This document shows positions 49,956-59,529 of a stretch of 64,000 bases of DNA, in pieces (position 1 is the first letter of the stretch; each line of letters begins with the position of its first letter). Where the stretch lies: assembly GCA_002434805.1 (NCBI GenBank), contig DJKW01000001.1, positions 5,805 to 69,804 on the forward strand, read 5' to 3'. A program made the translations under genes and the position numbers. The notes beneath the pieces were generated by a model. It saw only the letters and a program-made list of their open reading frames with translations. It was not told where the DNA came from and did no database searches. This stretch comes from Patescibacteria group bacterium UBA6532. Lineage in GTDB: Bacteria > Patescibacteriota > Minisyncoccia > Minisyncoccales > UBA6532.

Positions 49956-50040
49956 TTATCAATCAAAAAATCGCCTGTATGGCAATTAACCTGTTTGGGA
50001 TAAAAAAGAGTGTCAGATCTTTAAAGAAATGACACTATAC
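49956..50040 (-). promoter_or_regulatory. Conserved module, copy F
   Basis: AAAAAATCGCCTGTATGGC...CCTGTTTGGGATAAAAAAGAGTGTCA-hairpin. Confidence 0.5.
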
Positions 50041-50050
50041 TGAGGCAATA

Positions 50051-50311
50051 TTAGATTATTGCCTCAAATAAATTTTCTTTTTCCTTAACTCCTAAAGGTT
50101 CACAGAGGCGAGGATGTTGTCCTTTTGTTATTTCTATATCATGTGGAGGATGGCAATGTATGACTATATCTTCCTCTTTCCTCTTTACTGTAATCGATTC
50201 TGCTACAGATGTTAAGCTCCCAAAGGATTCTACTCTCTAATCATTATATCCCACTTTATATGCGTGTTTTCCGTTAATAGAAGTTATTCTATACACCCAG
50301 ATTTCTATCAT
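50051..50311 (-). pseudogene. Small ORF interrupted by one in-frame TAG (MIEIWVYRITSINGKHAYKVGYND*RVESFGSLTSV...IVIHCHPPHDIEITKGQHPRLCEPLGV...)
   Basis: I translated it by hand. The stop is at minus positions 50239-50237, and a TTGACA-N17-TAATAT promoter lies upstream. Confidence 0.3.
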
Positions 50312-50746
50312 TATCTATCACTAGTAGCTCCTATATTAAACATATTCAATAATTTTGTCAAAAAAAAAACGGGCTTCTATTAATTTCGGTGGCGCGAGAC
50401 AAGAACGAAATCATCTCGCAAGGTGGCTTAGCAGATACTGATCTTGACCGAATTTCTACTACTAAGTCACCACAGGAGCAGCCCATTACCGTTAAAAGAA
50501 GACCGTTTTTATCTAGAGGGGAAAATGGAAAGAATAGATGTGGTTTTCTATTTTTTAACTCTGATCTACTCACGTAAGATTTTGGCAGTCTTTGGCCTGC
50601 TTTGTAGAACAAGTTATATTATTTTTTTACCCTTCTTATTCTTTGTTCCGCTTATCCCTTTCTCCTTTAGTTAAGATATTATCAAAGTTAAAATAATTGT
50701 CAATAAAAAAATATGGGTAAAAACCTATGTTGGTTTTACCCTTTGT

Positions 50747-51127
50747 CTAGTACTTATTCCACAGTATTTTCATTGTTGCCAATTTTTTATCTATTTCTTT
50801 TGAAAGATACCATTTGATGTGGTATATTTCTTTAAACTTTACCATAGCGATGCGGTATTTTTCCTTCCTGGTATATAAACTTAGATGCCTTAAATCTTCA
50901 AGCATCACGTTAGTTAAGTACTGTACTGATTCCTGAAATTGCTCAGTAAGTTTCCTATCTTCGTTTAATTTTTGAAAGAACTTTAGAGCTCTTTCTTTTC
51001 CAATCTCTTCAACAGTTTCCTTCAAAACTATACTGGCATCTAATTTTGGTATACTGAAATCCTCGGCTATTTTAGGCAACGAGTCAAGACAAATATCAAT
51101 ATTATGTTTCTCTTCTTGAACAGTCAA
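50747..51127 (-). CDS. Hypothetical protein with an apparent TTG start
   Basis: 126 aa with no recognisable domain. Confidence 0.35.
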   Translation of the reverse strand: MTVQEEKHNIDICLDSLPKIAEDFSIPKLDASIVLKETVEEIGKERALKFFQKLNEDRKLTEQFQESVQYLTNVMLEDLRHLSLYTRKEKYRIAMVKFKEIYHIKWYLSKEIDKKLATMKILWNKY

Positions 51128-51221
51128 CCTTATTCCTCTTTATTTTATAAAAAACTTAATATTTTATCAAACAAAAAAACCGCCATAGAGGAGGTTCTTT
51201 GTTATCTTAAACAGATAATGT

Positions 51222-52391
51222 TTATCTTTCTATTCGCTTGCATGTCTGTTTCTTTATTTCAACCATAGCTCCCAAAGCCCAACAAATTCCCAAGAATGCA
51301 ATAATCCCACCAAGAAAAGGAAGACCTGTGAGGATAGAGAAAACTACTACTCCTAAAATCATTGTCCAGACTAATGAAACTTCTTTCTTTTTGCCTGCCC
51401 ATTCTAGTAATTTTTGGCCTAAAACAATTCCTATAAAAATTTTAGTTAGATACAAAGAAATGAGATAAACAGCCAAAGCAATTAAAGATAATGGAATGCC
51501 AATAACGGTAATAGCCACCAAAAACAAAATAACAGGAGTGATAATAAGATAAACTACTCCCCAACCAAGACTGTCCCAGGGTTTATCTACCATTCTTTTT
51601 CCTATTGATTTACTGGTTTTAGGAGCTAGAAGAATTATAATCAAACCAATTATCAATAAAGCAAAAAGAGCCATTATCTTTCCTATAAAAGAAGAAATTC
51701 CAAAATCCTGCTTAATAGGAATAACCGGTAAAATACTTTCTTTGTATATGGTCTCCCCTCCTATCTTAGCTCCTTCTTTTATCTCTGCTTTCGTTGAAGC
51801 GGTGTAAGTCAAATCTCCTTTGATATCAGCTTGATGATATAAAACGAGATGGCCCTCTTCAGCATCAATTTTTAAGTCAACGTTACCACCGATTTCATTA
51901 GCCAAGAGTACGGCTCCACCACCTCCTCTAACATCTCCACCAACTTTTCCTCTAATCTCAATATTGCCGGCAAAAGATAAAACATCCCAGCCAACTTCAG
52001 CATCCTCTCCAATAACCACTGTTCCTCCGAATAGACTTACATTCTTGCCAACTTTGCTGTTAACTTCTACTGTTCCTCCAACAACACGAATGTTACCTGT
52101 CACATCTCCCTTAATTCTGACAGTTCCGCCAGCAACCAAAACATCTCCTTTAACAGGTCCTGTAATATTAATTGACCCTCCGGCAATAATAACATCTTTT
52201 TGAGCTTGGCCGTCAAAATCAATTACTTCACCTGCTTTAATAAAATTACCTTCAATTACTTCTTCGCTGCCAACATAAATATTTTGCTTACTATCTTCAA
52301 TTGAGGCTCCGCTAATCAACGGCAAAGCAGTTAGAGAAATAATAACTGCCAATAGACTAAATGATAAGAAGAATCTTTTTTTGTTAAACAT
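51222..52391 (-). CDS. Membrane-anchored beta-helical repeat protein (DUF4097/bactofilin-like fold)
   Basis: A signal peptide, then a repeated G-x-V-x-(V/I)-x-G pattern (GDVLVAGGTVRIKGDVTGNIRVVGGTVEV...), then four C-terminal TM helices. Confidence 0.4.
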   Translation of the reverse strand: MFNKKRFFLSFSLLAVIISLTALPLISGASIEDSKQNIYVGSEEVIEGNFIKAGEVIDFDGQAQKDVIIAGGSINITGPVKGDVLVAGGTVRIKGDVTGNIRVVGGTVEVNSKVGKNVSLFGGTVVIGEDAEVGWDVLSFAGNIEIRGKVGGDVRGGGGAVLLANEIGGNVDLKIDAEEGHLVLYHQADIKGDLTYTASTKAEIKEGAKIGGETIYKESILPVIPIKQDFGISSFIGKIMALFALLIIGLIIILLAPKTSKSIGKRMVDKPWDSLGWGVVYLIITPVILFLVAITVIGIPLSLIALAVYLISLYLTKIFIGIVLGQKLLEWAGKKKEVSLVWTMILGVVVFSILTGLPFLGGIIAFLGICWALGAMVEIKKQTCKRIER

Positions 52392-52445
52392 AAATTAAAG
52401 TAATTTATTAATTCTTTTCTCGACCTTTATTATTGTAACATATTC

Positions 52446-53414
52446 TTATTCTGACTTTTGCTTGATTATCTCCCGTAATATTCCCTCAATTAGTTTCAGG
52501 CTCTTTTCATTTATTATAGAAACAGCCAGTACCTCTCTCTTTGTTTTTTTAAGCAGGGCTACTTTCTTTTTAATATCTTTTTCAGAAAGCAAGTCGCTTT
52601 TAGTCAAAAAAACGTATTCTGGTTTTAATAAAAGCTCTTTATTATAAGCCTCGAGTTCCTTTCTGATAATTTTATAGTCTTTCAAAGGATCTTGGGATTC
52701 AGACGAAATAAAATGGAAAAGGGTTTTTGTTCTTTTAATGTGCCGCAAAAACTTAATGCCCAAACCCTTGCCTAAAGAAGCGCCTTCAATAAGGCCGGGG
52801 ATGTCGGCTAAAACGAGCTCAAAATAAACTCCCAGGTTGGGACTTAAGGTCGTAAAAGGATAATTGGCCACTTTGCTTTTAGCTTTGGTCAGCTCGTTCA
52901 ATAAGCTGGACTTTCCGACATTGGGCAGTCCGACAAACCCGACATCAGCTATCATCTTTAATTCCAGCCTTAATTCGTATTCCTGGCCTAAAGAACCTTG
53001 TCCAAATTCCTTAGGACTCGTATTAGTAGAAGATCTGAACTTAAAGTTCCCCCATCCTCCTTTTCCGCCTTTAACTATCAATAATCTCTGCCCTATGGAA
53101 ATAATTTCTGAATCCTCTTTTAAGGACAAGTTATGAATGACCGTGCCGACAGGTACCTTTAAAAAAAGGTCTTTGCCGTCTGTGCCGTCAATGAATTTCC
53201 CTTTGCCGTTTTTCCCGTTTCCAGCTGACAGTTCTTTTTTAAAGCGAAATTGATTCAAGGCGCTTAAATCAGAAACACCTTCAAAGTAAACACTGCCTCC
53301 TTTGCCGCCGGCTCCACCGGTCGGACCAAGAGACATTTTAACCTTACTGAAAGCCACAGCCCCTTTGCCGCCGTCGCCTCCTTTCACTTTAATTTTGATG
53401 TCGTCAATTAACAT
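52446..53414 (-). CDS. obg: GTPase Obg/CgtA
   Basis: Gly-rich N-terminal Obg fold (GGDGGKGAVAF...GGAGGKGGSV) and the G1 motif GLPNVGKSS. Confidence 0.85.
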   Translation of the reverse strand: MLIDDIKIKVKGGDGGKGAVAFSKVKMSLGPTGGAGGKGGSVYFEGVSDLSALNQFRFKKELSAGNGKNGKGKFIDGTDGKDLFLKVPVGTVIHNLSLKEDSEIISIGQRLLIVKGGKGGWGNFKFRSSTNTSPKEFGQGSLGQEYELRLELKMIADVGFVGLPNVGKSSLLNELTKAKSKVANYPFTTLSPNLGVYFELVLADIPGLIEGASLGKGLGIKFLRHIKRTKTLFHFISSESQDPLKDYKIIRKELEAYNKELLLKPEYVFLTKSDLLSEKDIKKKVALLKKTKREVLAVSIINEKSLKLIEGILREIIKQKSE

Positions 53415-53415
53415 A

Positions 53416-56400
53416 TTATTTGATCATTTTACGTAATTTACAGTATTCACAATCTGGATCGTCGCAAGTCTTATCCCAAAAAGACAAAGAAAGAATTTCT
53501 TTAGCCACCGCCTTTATCTGTTTTTCAAGGGCAACCATTTCTTCCGGGTTAATATCAAATAATTCCTTTTTATAATTACCCTTACTATCTGGTTCTATAA
53601 AGTTGATTTCCCCGGCCTTCATATTGAATTTCCCTTCCTGGTAATGATTCAAAAGAAGGTTATAAAAAACCAACTGGCGCTTGTAATCCCCTTTGCTGTT
53701 TTTAGTCAAACCCTCTATTTCATTTCGGGACCTGGGCTTTCCGGTTTTATAGTCTATAACATTAATATTATTTGAAGAATCAAGAAGAATGATTTTGTCC
53801 AATTTTCCACTAAGTATAATACCACCACCCAAATCAATGCCTTTAATGCTGAATTCATTAAGTATATTCTTACTCCAGGATTTGTAATAGTGGTCGTAAT
53901 ATCCGGAAAGCGCAGCTTTCCCCTTGCTTAAAGCCTCTTTATAGTCTTTTTCCTGGATGGGCTGGCTATTTAAAGATTCCACAAATCTATTGATAAGATA
54001 TTTTTTGCCGGGATTCTCTCCTTTGCCAAACCTGTCAAAAAAGCTTTTTAGAGCATTGTGCACGGCCGTACCGAAAATCAAATGTTTATTGGGAGCTCCG
54101 GGAATGCGAAGCAAGTTGTTATAAAAATATTTCCAGGGGCACTGAAGATAATTGTTCAGGGCGGTCGGCGAAAACATCTGCTGGTAGAAAAGCTGGTTCA
54201 AAAACTCTTTCTCTTTGGCAGTTGAAGGAAGCGATGGGGTTAAAGAAAACTCCAAATCCTCTTTCTTTTTAAGCTCAACTTTCGTCTCAACCTTTTTTAT
54301 GAGTTCTGGCTTAATTTCCATTATGAATCTTGAAGGCAACTGCTCTTTGCCGTTCTGATTCTGTTTTGCGTAAAGTATTGAAGCCTGCTTTCTCACTCTG
54401 GTCAAGGCAACATAGAATAAATTGCGTTCATCTTCATCGCTTTCTCCGCTAAAGCTTTCTTCAACCTTCTTTAATAAAGAATAAACTCGCCGCGGCAGCT
54501 TAATGTGTTCGTAGTGGCGGCGGGATCCCCAGTGGCCGTCAACCGCATTAATAATGTAAACGTATTCAAATTCCAATCCTTTTGATTTATGGGCCGTCAT
54601 CAGCCTCACCCTGTTGGGAGCCTGTTCAAATACGGTTGTTTTTATCAAAACGTTGTGCTCTTTGATAATGTCCAAATATTCAAAGAAATTCTCTAAAGTA
54701 TAGTCCTTATGGCTTTCAATCAGCGACTTTATTTGGTCGAATAAAGCATGGAGCTTGGCCAGTTTTTCAGCGGCTGATGGCTTGTTTAAGATATAGACGA
54801 GAAATCCCGACTCCCGGACAATGTCTTCAAAAGCCTGAACAGCCCCTTTGTTTTTTGCCCCTCTCTTAAAAGAAGAAACTTTTTTATATATTTCCAATAA
54901 TTTATCTATTTCTTCTATGCCGGCTTTTTCCATTACCTTGCGGTCTTTAATAACGTCATAGGGATCCAACGGCAAACTGGCAATCTTATAAACATCAAGA
55001 GGAGGAATCTTAAAAATATCAATATGAAGCATTTCTACCAGTTCTGAAGGAGAACCGAAATTCTGAACCGATTTTAAAATAATAAGGAGTTTTCTGATAT
55101 CTTCGTCGTTTAAAACATCCTGGTTAGATTCAATGACAAAAGGAACGCCGGCTTTTTCCAATATCCTGGATACTGGAATGACGTCCCTGTTGTCTCTGTA
55201 AAGGACAGCTATCTGGCTGGCTAATACTTTTTGCTTTAAGAGTTTTTTAATGCTCTGAGCCAAGAAATACTGTTCTCTCTCCTGAGTCGGCAGGATATAA
55301 AGATTGATAAGAGATTCTTTGTGCCCGGCTTTAGCTAAAAGCTTTTTGCTGTCTTTAGAGTTAAGGTCGTAAGCTGCATTAAGAATTGTCTGCGTTGAAC
55401 GATAATTGCGCCAAAGCGTAATCAGTTTGACGTTCTTGTAAAGATTCTTAAAATACATGAAGTTTTCCATAGAAGCTCCCTGAAAGCGGAAAATAGCCTG
55501 TTTTTCATCTCCGACGATAAAAATGTTCGGGTCTTTGTGGTAGCTCGCCAAAAGTTCAAGAATTTTATTCTGAGCGGTATTGGTATCCTGGTGCTCGTCA
55601 ACCAGAATATACAAATACTGCTCTTGAAGCGTTAAAAGCAAATCATTGTTTTTTTTCAAAACAACCATAGCCTGGACAATCATGTCGCTGTAGTCATAGA
55701 ACCTTAAATTGCTCAGGGATTTTTGGTACTCATCATATATTGAAATAAGCTCTTTGTTGCGCTTAATATGCTTTTGCATGTCTATATACTTCCCTTTCAT
55801 CTTTCCTTTATGCGCTCCTTTCTTATGATAAAGATCTTCAATTTTTAAAAAAACTTTTTCCTGGTCATTGATGATTTGAGAAAACTCTTCAGGCAGCACG
55901 CCCTGCTGCTTTAATTCATTTATGGCGTTGATGATAGAGCGAAGGTAAAAATACCTGCTACCAAAAGGCCTTAAGTTAAAAAGCTCCAAAGAATCTATGA
56001 TCTGTCGGACAATCTGCACCTGGTCAACGTCTGAAATATTGGTTGAACCGATAATGTTTGGAAAATCATCCGGATAGTTCTTGATAATGTCGTTAGCGAA
56101 CCCGTGGAAAGTCGTGATGTTGACGCGGTAAGCTTCAGAACCTATCAGTTCTGATAATTTTTTGCGCATGGAAGCTACGGCTGACTCTGTAAAAGTCAAA
56201 GCCAAAACGGCTTCTGGAGGAGTGTCTGTTTCAGCTAAAATATTAGCGATCCTCATTGTCAGCAAATGCGTTTTTCCGGTGCCTGGCCCGGCAATAACCA
56301 TAACAGGCCCTTCAATAGCATCAACGGCCTGTTTTTGTTCTGGGTTCAGCTTTCTATAAGCAATCTTAAATTTGTTCTGAGATACCTTTCTCATATTTTT

Positions 56401-56418
56401 ACCAGTCAACTTCATCAA
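53416..56418 (-). CDS. UvrD/PcrA-family helicase fused to a C-terminal Cas4-like PD-(D/E)XK nuclease with a Cys cluster (AddA-like helicase-nuclease)
   Basis: Walker A AGPGTGKTHL, helicase motifs through about residue 700, then LQCPWKYF...IDYKTGKP...CDDPDCEYC. Confidence 0.75.
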   Translation of the reverse strand: MMKLTGKNMRKVSQNKFKIAYRKLNPEQKQAVDAIEGPVMVIAGPGTGKTHLLTMRIANILAETDTPPEAVLALTFTESAVASMRKKLSELIGSEAYRVNITTFHGFANDIIKNYPDDFPNIIGSTNISDVDQVQIVRQIIDSLELFNLRPFGSRYFYLRSIINAINELKQQGVLPEEFSQIINDQEKVFLKIEDLYHKKGAHKGKMKGKYIDMQKHIKRNKELISIYDEYQKSLSNLRFYDYSDMIVQAMVVLKKNNDLLLTLQEQYLYILVDEHQDTNTAQNKILELLASYHKDPNIFIVGDEKQAIFRFQGASMENFMYFKNLYKNVKLITLWRNYRSTQTILNAAYDLNSKDSKKLLAKAGHKESLINLYILPTQEREQYFLAQSIKKLLKQKVLASQIAVLYRDNRDVIPVSRILEKAGVPFVIESNQDVLNDEDIRKLLIILKSVQNFGSPSELVEMLHIDIFKIPPLDVYKIASLPLDPYDVIKDRKVMEKAGIEEIDKLLEIYKKVSSFKRGAKNKGAVQAFEDIVRESGFLVYILNKPSAAEKLAKLHALFDQIKSLIESHKDYTLENFFEYLDIIKEHNVLIKTTVFEQAPNRVRLMTAHKSKGLEFEYVYIINAVDGHWGSRRHYEHIKLPRRVYSLLKKVEESFSGESDEDERNLFYVALTRVRKQASILYAKQNQNGKEQLPSRFIMEIKPELIKKVETKVELKKKEDLEFSLTPSLPSTAKEKEFLNQLFYQQMFSPTALNNYLQCPWKYFYNNLLRIPGAPNKHLIFGTAVHNALKSFFDRFGKGENPGKKYLINRFVESLNSQPIQEKDYKEALSKGKAALSGYYDHYYKSWSKNILNEFSIKGIDLGGGIILSGKLDKIILLDSSNNINVIDYKTGKPRSRNEIEGLTKNSKGDYKRQLVFYNLLLNHYQEGKFNMKAGEINFIEPDSKGNYKKELFDINPEEMVALEKQIKAVAKEILSLSFWDKTCDDPDCEYCKLRKMIK

Positions 56419-57247
56419 CTTTTTTGTTCTTTAGAGGAATATTGTCTTTTTCCGGACAAACATCTAAATATTCGCAGTAAGAACACAATCTATTGATTTT
56501 AGGCAAAAGAGCAGTATCGCTTTTAGCTTCTTTAATGACATTGATAACCTTCTTCTCAAGCCCTTTTATTTTCTCTTTATTCCAAACAATGTCATAAACT
56601 TTGGAATACTTAAGGTAAATCAAGCCAGCCCTGATTTTTTCGGCAAAGGGATTAAGGTACGAGGCGATGATGGCGTAAAAAGGAATCTGAAGGTCTTCTT
56701 CTATTATTTTCTCAACGCTGCTTTTATAAGGCAGCTTGCCTGTTTTATAATCCCAAATAGAAATGGCTGAATCCGAATCCTTGTCGATTCTGTCTATCCT
56801 TCCAGCTATCTTAAAACCGTTAATATCGCACTCCATCCAATCTTCCAAGGATAAGGGAACAATTGATAAATCAGCTTTCCTTAGATAATTACTCAGCATG
56901 CCGATAGCGCCTATCCCGAAAGCCCTTTCCTGTTCCAGAGAACCGAATAGCTCTCTTCTCTCCTGAGCTGACCAATACTCATTACTCCGATTGTCTTTAG
57001 GCATCCTCGCCCAAGCATGCCTAACCATAGACCTTAAATCCTCTTCTTTTCTTTTATTTATAGGAACCTTTTTAATATCAAAAAAATCATTGAGCACGCT
57101 GTGAATAACGCTGCCGACAAAGCTTTGGGGGGTTTCAATGAATACGGCTTTAATATCCTTATCATTATGGCACTTGAACTTAAAAGGACACCTTAAATAG
57201 TGGTTTAAAGCGCTAGGGAATATTTTTTCTGGGAATATGTAAGCCAT
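56399..57247 (-). CDS. Cas4/AddB-like PD-(D/E)XK nuclease with four Cys (putative Fe-S cluster)
   Basis: RCPFKFKC near the N-terminus, IWDYKTGK catalytic lysine motif, and a C-terminal CSYCEYLDVC. Confidence 0.65.
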   Translation of the reverse strand: MAYIFPEKIFPSALNHYLRCPFKFKCHNDKDIKAVFIETPQSFVGSVIHSVLNDFFDIKKVPINKRKEEDLRSMVRHAWARMPKDNRSNEYWSAQERRELFGSLEQERAFGIGAIGMLSNYLRKADLSIVPLSLEDWMECDINGFKIAGRIDRIDKDSDSAISIWDYKTGKLPYKSSVEKIIEEDLQIPFYAIIASYLNPFAEKIRAGLIYLKYSKVYDIVWNKEKIKGLEKKVINVIKEAKSDTALLPKINRLCSYCEYLDVCPEKDNIPLKNKKVDEVDW

Positions 57248-57255
57248 ATTCCTTA

Positions 57256-57352
57256 TTCTACCAAAAAACCGCCTTTTGGGCGATTGAGTCAGTAAACGAC
57301 GTTAAAACCTGTTCGGGATAAAAAAAGAACCAGGCGAGTTTCCTGGTCTATT
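57256..57352 (-). promoter_or_regulatory. Conserved module, copy H, with tandem hairpins each followed by a U-tract
   Basis: CTACCAAAAAACCGCCTTTTGGGCGATT...CGACGTTAAAACCTGTTCGGGATAAAAAAAGAACCAGG-CGAGTTT-CCTGGTCT. Confidence 0.55.
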
Positions 57353-57523
57353 TATATTTAAACTCTAAGAGTATTTTTTTCTCACACGGCTGGCAAATAT
57401 GATATTTCATTACTTTTGATGGTATTTCCACTGTATCTGGATGTGTGAACAAAATTGCTCATGGTTTTTTCTCGACATCAAAATGATCGCCGCATCTATT
57501 ACATCTCGGTATATTCATCTCAC

Positions 57524-57847
57524 CTACCTTTCAAAATATCGGTCTGATATAGAAAAACCATTTTTAGGATTGAATGGTTTAATGAAACATTCAACCAACG
57601 ATGGTTCTGGAAAGAACTCCCTTGTTATTTTTACTAACTCTATTGCAAGACGATTCCTTACTTCTTCCGTCCTTTCTGGTTTAATGAAAATTTCTGCCTC
57701 AATGATAATTTCACTTCCTAACCCTTTCTTCATCATGTCTGGAGGAAAGAATACTGAAACTTGCGTTGATTTTATTTCTAATTCTTTAATCGCCGCAGTT
57801 TTCTCCATAAGCCTGTCTGTAAACTTCCCTAATTTCTCTTCTGTCAC
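57524..57847 (-). CDS. Hypothetical soluble protein
   Basis: I prefer it over the antisense ORF 57441-57866 because its composition looks globular. Confidence 0.45.
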   Translation of the reverse strand: MTEEKLGKFTDRLMEKTAAIKELEIKSTQVSVFFPPDMMKKGLGSEIIIEAEIFIKPERTEEVRNRLAIELVKITREFFPEPSLVECFIKPFNPKNGFSISDRYFER

Positions 57848-58151
57848 ATCAACCGGTATTCCATAAACTGTGATTATAGGTATTTCAATCTTCTCCTAAG
57901 TTTTACCTTATAAAGATATTAATAATTTGTCAACCAAAAAACCGCTAAAGAGACGACTTTAGAGATATCTTACCAATGCGTCTTGACCGGGGTAGTTACC
58001 GCTTGACCTTTTTTTAATAATGTGTATAATGATAATAAGCTTATAAGTCGAGTTGTCTTAAAGTAAGTCTTTAGTAATAAAGATCCCAAATAAGTAGAGC
58101 GACTTAGGAGTTAAAAAGGTCGCTTTTTTAATTCGTAATTAGTAAAATAAT

Positions 58152-58331
58152 ATGGCTTTTAATGAATCTGGTTCCGACAGAGGATTTCCAAGAAAAATGT
58201 ATCAAGGAAATTGGAAATGTTCTGAGTGCGGAAAAGAAATAACAGAGCTTCCATTTGAGCCCTCTGGCGACAGACCTCTTTATTGTAGGGACTGCCACGC
58301 TAAGAGGAGACCTCAAAGATTCGGACGCTAA
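58152..58331 (+). CDS. 59-aa zinc-ribbon protein of the CxxC-x17/18-CxxC type (WKCSECGKEITELPFEPSGDRPLYCRDCH)
   Basis: It is unlisted in the track because it is under 60 aa. It has a strong terminator downstream. Confidence 0.55.
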   Translation: MAFNESGSDRGFPRKMYQGNWKCSECGKEITELPFEPSGDRPLYCRDCHAKRRPQRFGR

Positions 58332-58344
58332 TTAAAACAAACCT

Positions 58345-58374
58345 CCCCCGCATTATTGCGGGGGTTTTGTTTTG
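58345..58374 (+). terminator. Rho-independent terminator
   Basis: CCCCCGC-ATTATT-GCGGGGG followed by TTTTGTTTT. Confidence 0.7.
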
Positions 58375-58459
58375 ATTAAAAGAAAATTTTAGCTTGCAAA
58401 AAAATCAAATTTATGTTTTATAAGGAGTAGATGTTTTACAATTTGGAGGAAAGAATATT

Positions 58460-59425
58460 ATGGAGATTAGTTTTTTAAAAACTCGCTGCACTCATTGTGG
58501 TAAAACAAAAATGGTAGAAGATGCCGTCTCTGGCGAAATCACTTGTAAAAATTGTGGCTTTGTAATCAAAGAAAAGAAAGAAGAAACAGGTCCTGAATGG
58601 AGAGAATTTCCAGAAGAAAAGAATACAAAAAGCCGTGTCGGTCTTCCATCCTCACTTGCTGACTACGACCAATGGTTAACAACAGACATCGGAAAAGGAG
58701 AAAAAGATGCATTCGGCAAATTTCTTCCTTCAGGATCACAAACACTTATAAGACGGCTAATAACATGGGATGAAAGAAGTAAGCTTCGCGAGCCAGGGAA
58801 AAGAAATTTAATACAAGCCTTTCAATACCTTAGTCGGCTAAAAGACAAGCTTAACCTCAGTGATGCAATAACAGAGAAAGCCGCATATATATACCGAAAA
58901 GCATTGGAACGAGGAATCATTAGAGGAAGATCAATTGAGCTTGTTATAACAGCTTCCCTCTACGCTGCCTGTAGAGAGACTACTACGCCGCGTACATTGA
59001 AAGATTTTTCGGAAGCCGCTAATATCCAAAGAAAAGGTCTGACACGATCATACCGTCTCTTACACAAAGAACTAGATTTAAGAGTACCTGTAGTTACCCC
59101 TGACAGGTTTATTCCAAGAATTGCCAATGCTTGTAGGGTAAGTGAAAAAACTAAGCGCCAAGCATTAGAGATTTTAAAAAAAGCAGTGGAGGAAAGAATA
59201 AGTGCTGGAAAAGATCCAACAGGCCTAGCTGCTGCTGCACTCTATTTAGCTTGTGTACTTACAGGAGAAAGCGTAACCCAAAAAGAGATTGCGGAGGCCG
59301 CTGGAGTTACAGAAGTAACAGTTAGAAACCGATATAAAGATTTAAGAAAAAATCTATCAGATATTCAAAAAATACTAAAATTACCAGAGCAAAATAATAA
59401 ATTCTGGTTGTCCCAAAGATGGTAA
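58460..59425 (+). CDS. Archaeal/eukaryotic-type transcription initiation factor IIB (TFB) homolog, full length
   Basis: N-terminal zinc ribbon CTHCG-x15-CKNCG, B-reader GPEWREF, and two cyclin-fold repeats with RGIIRGRSIE, ASLYAACRE, PRTLKD, GLTRSYR, GKDPTGLAAAALYLA and TQKEIAEAAGVTEVTVRNRYKDL. Each matches archaeal TFB almost residue for residue. Confidence 0.85.
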   Translation: MEISFLKTRCTHCGKTKMVEDAVSGEITCKNCGFVIKEKKEETGPEWREFPEEKNTKSRVGLPSSLADYDQWLTTDIGKGEKDAFGKFLPSGSQTLIRRLITWDERSKLREPGKRNLIQAFQYLSRLKDKLNLSDAITEKAAYIYRKALERGIIRGRSIELVITASLYAACRETTTPRTLKDFSEAANIQRKGLTRSYRLLHKELDLRVPVVTPDRFIPRIANACRVSEKTKRQALEILKKAVEERISAGKDPTGLAAAALYLACVLTGESVTQKEIAEAAGVTEVTVRNRYKDLRKNLSDIQKILKLPEQNNKFWLSQRW

Positions 59426-59529
59426 TCTAAAAGATTACCTCTTTTTTTATAAAAACATCTCTGCCAGTCGCAGGCGGAGAGCTTGCTTTGGTGGATAAAA
59501 AAAGTTCTCTTTTTAGACTGAAGAGAACC

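Noticed and set aside
49926-50746. RNase P RNA or tmRNA in the long gap
   Set aside because: I looked for P4 signatures (AGGAAAGUCCGGGC / ACAGAA.CCGGCUUA) and for the tmRNA ends (AUUCGACG...GGUUCGAAUCC...CCA), and found none on either strand.
53416-57247. CRISPR-Cas locus, suggested by the Cas4-like domains
   Set aside because: No direct-repeat/spacer array and no cas1 or cas2 are present anywhere in the window. The nuclease domains are fused or paired with a UvrD helicase, as in AddAB-type repair enzymes.
57441-57866. Plus-strand 141-aa ORF
   Set aside because: It is antisense to the more protein-like minus ORF 57524-57847, and its translation is Ser/Ile-rich and begins in the intergenic module.
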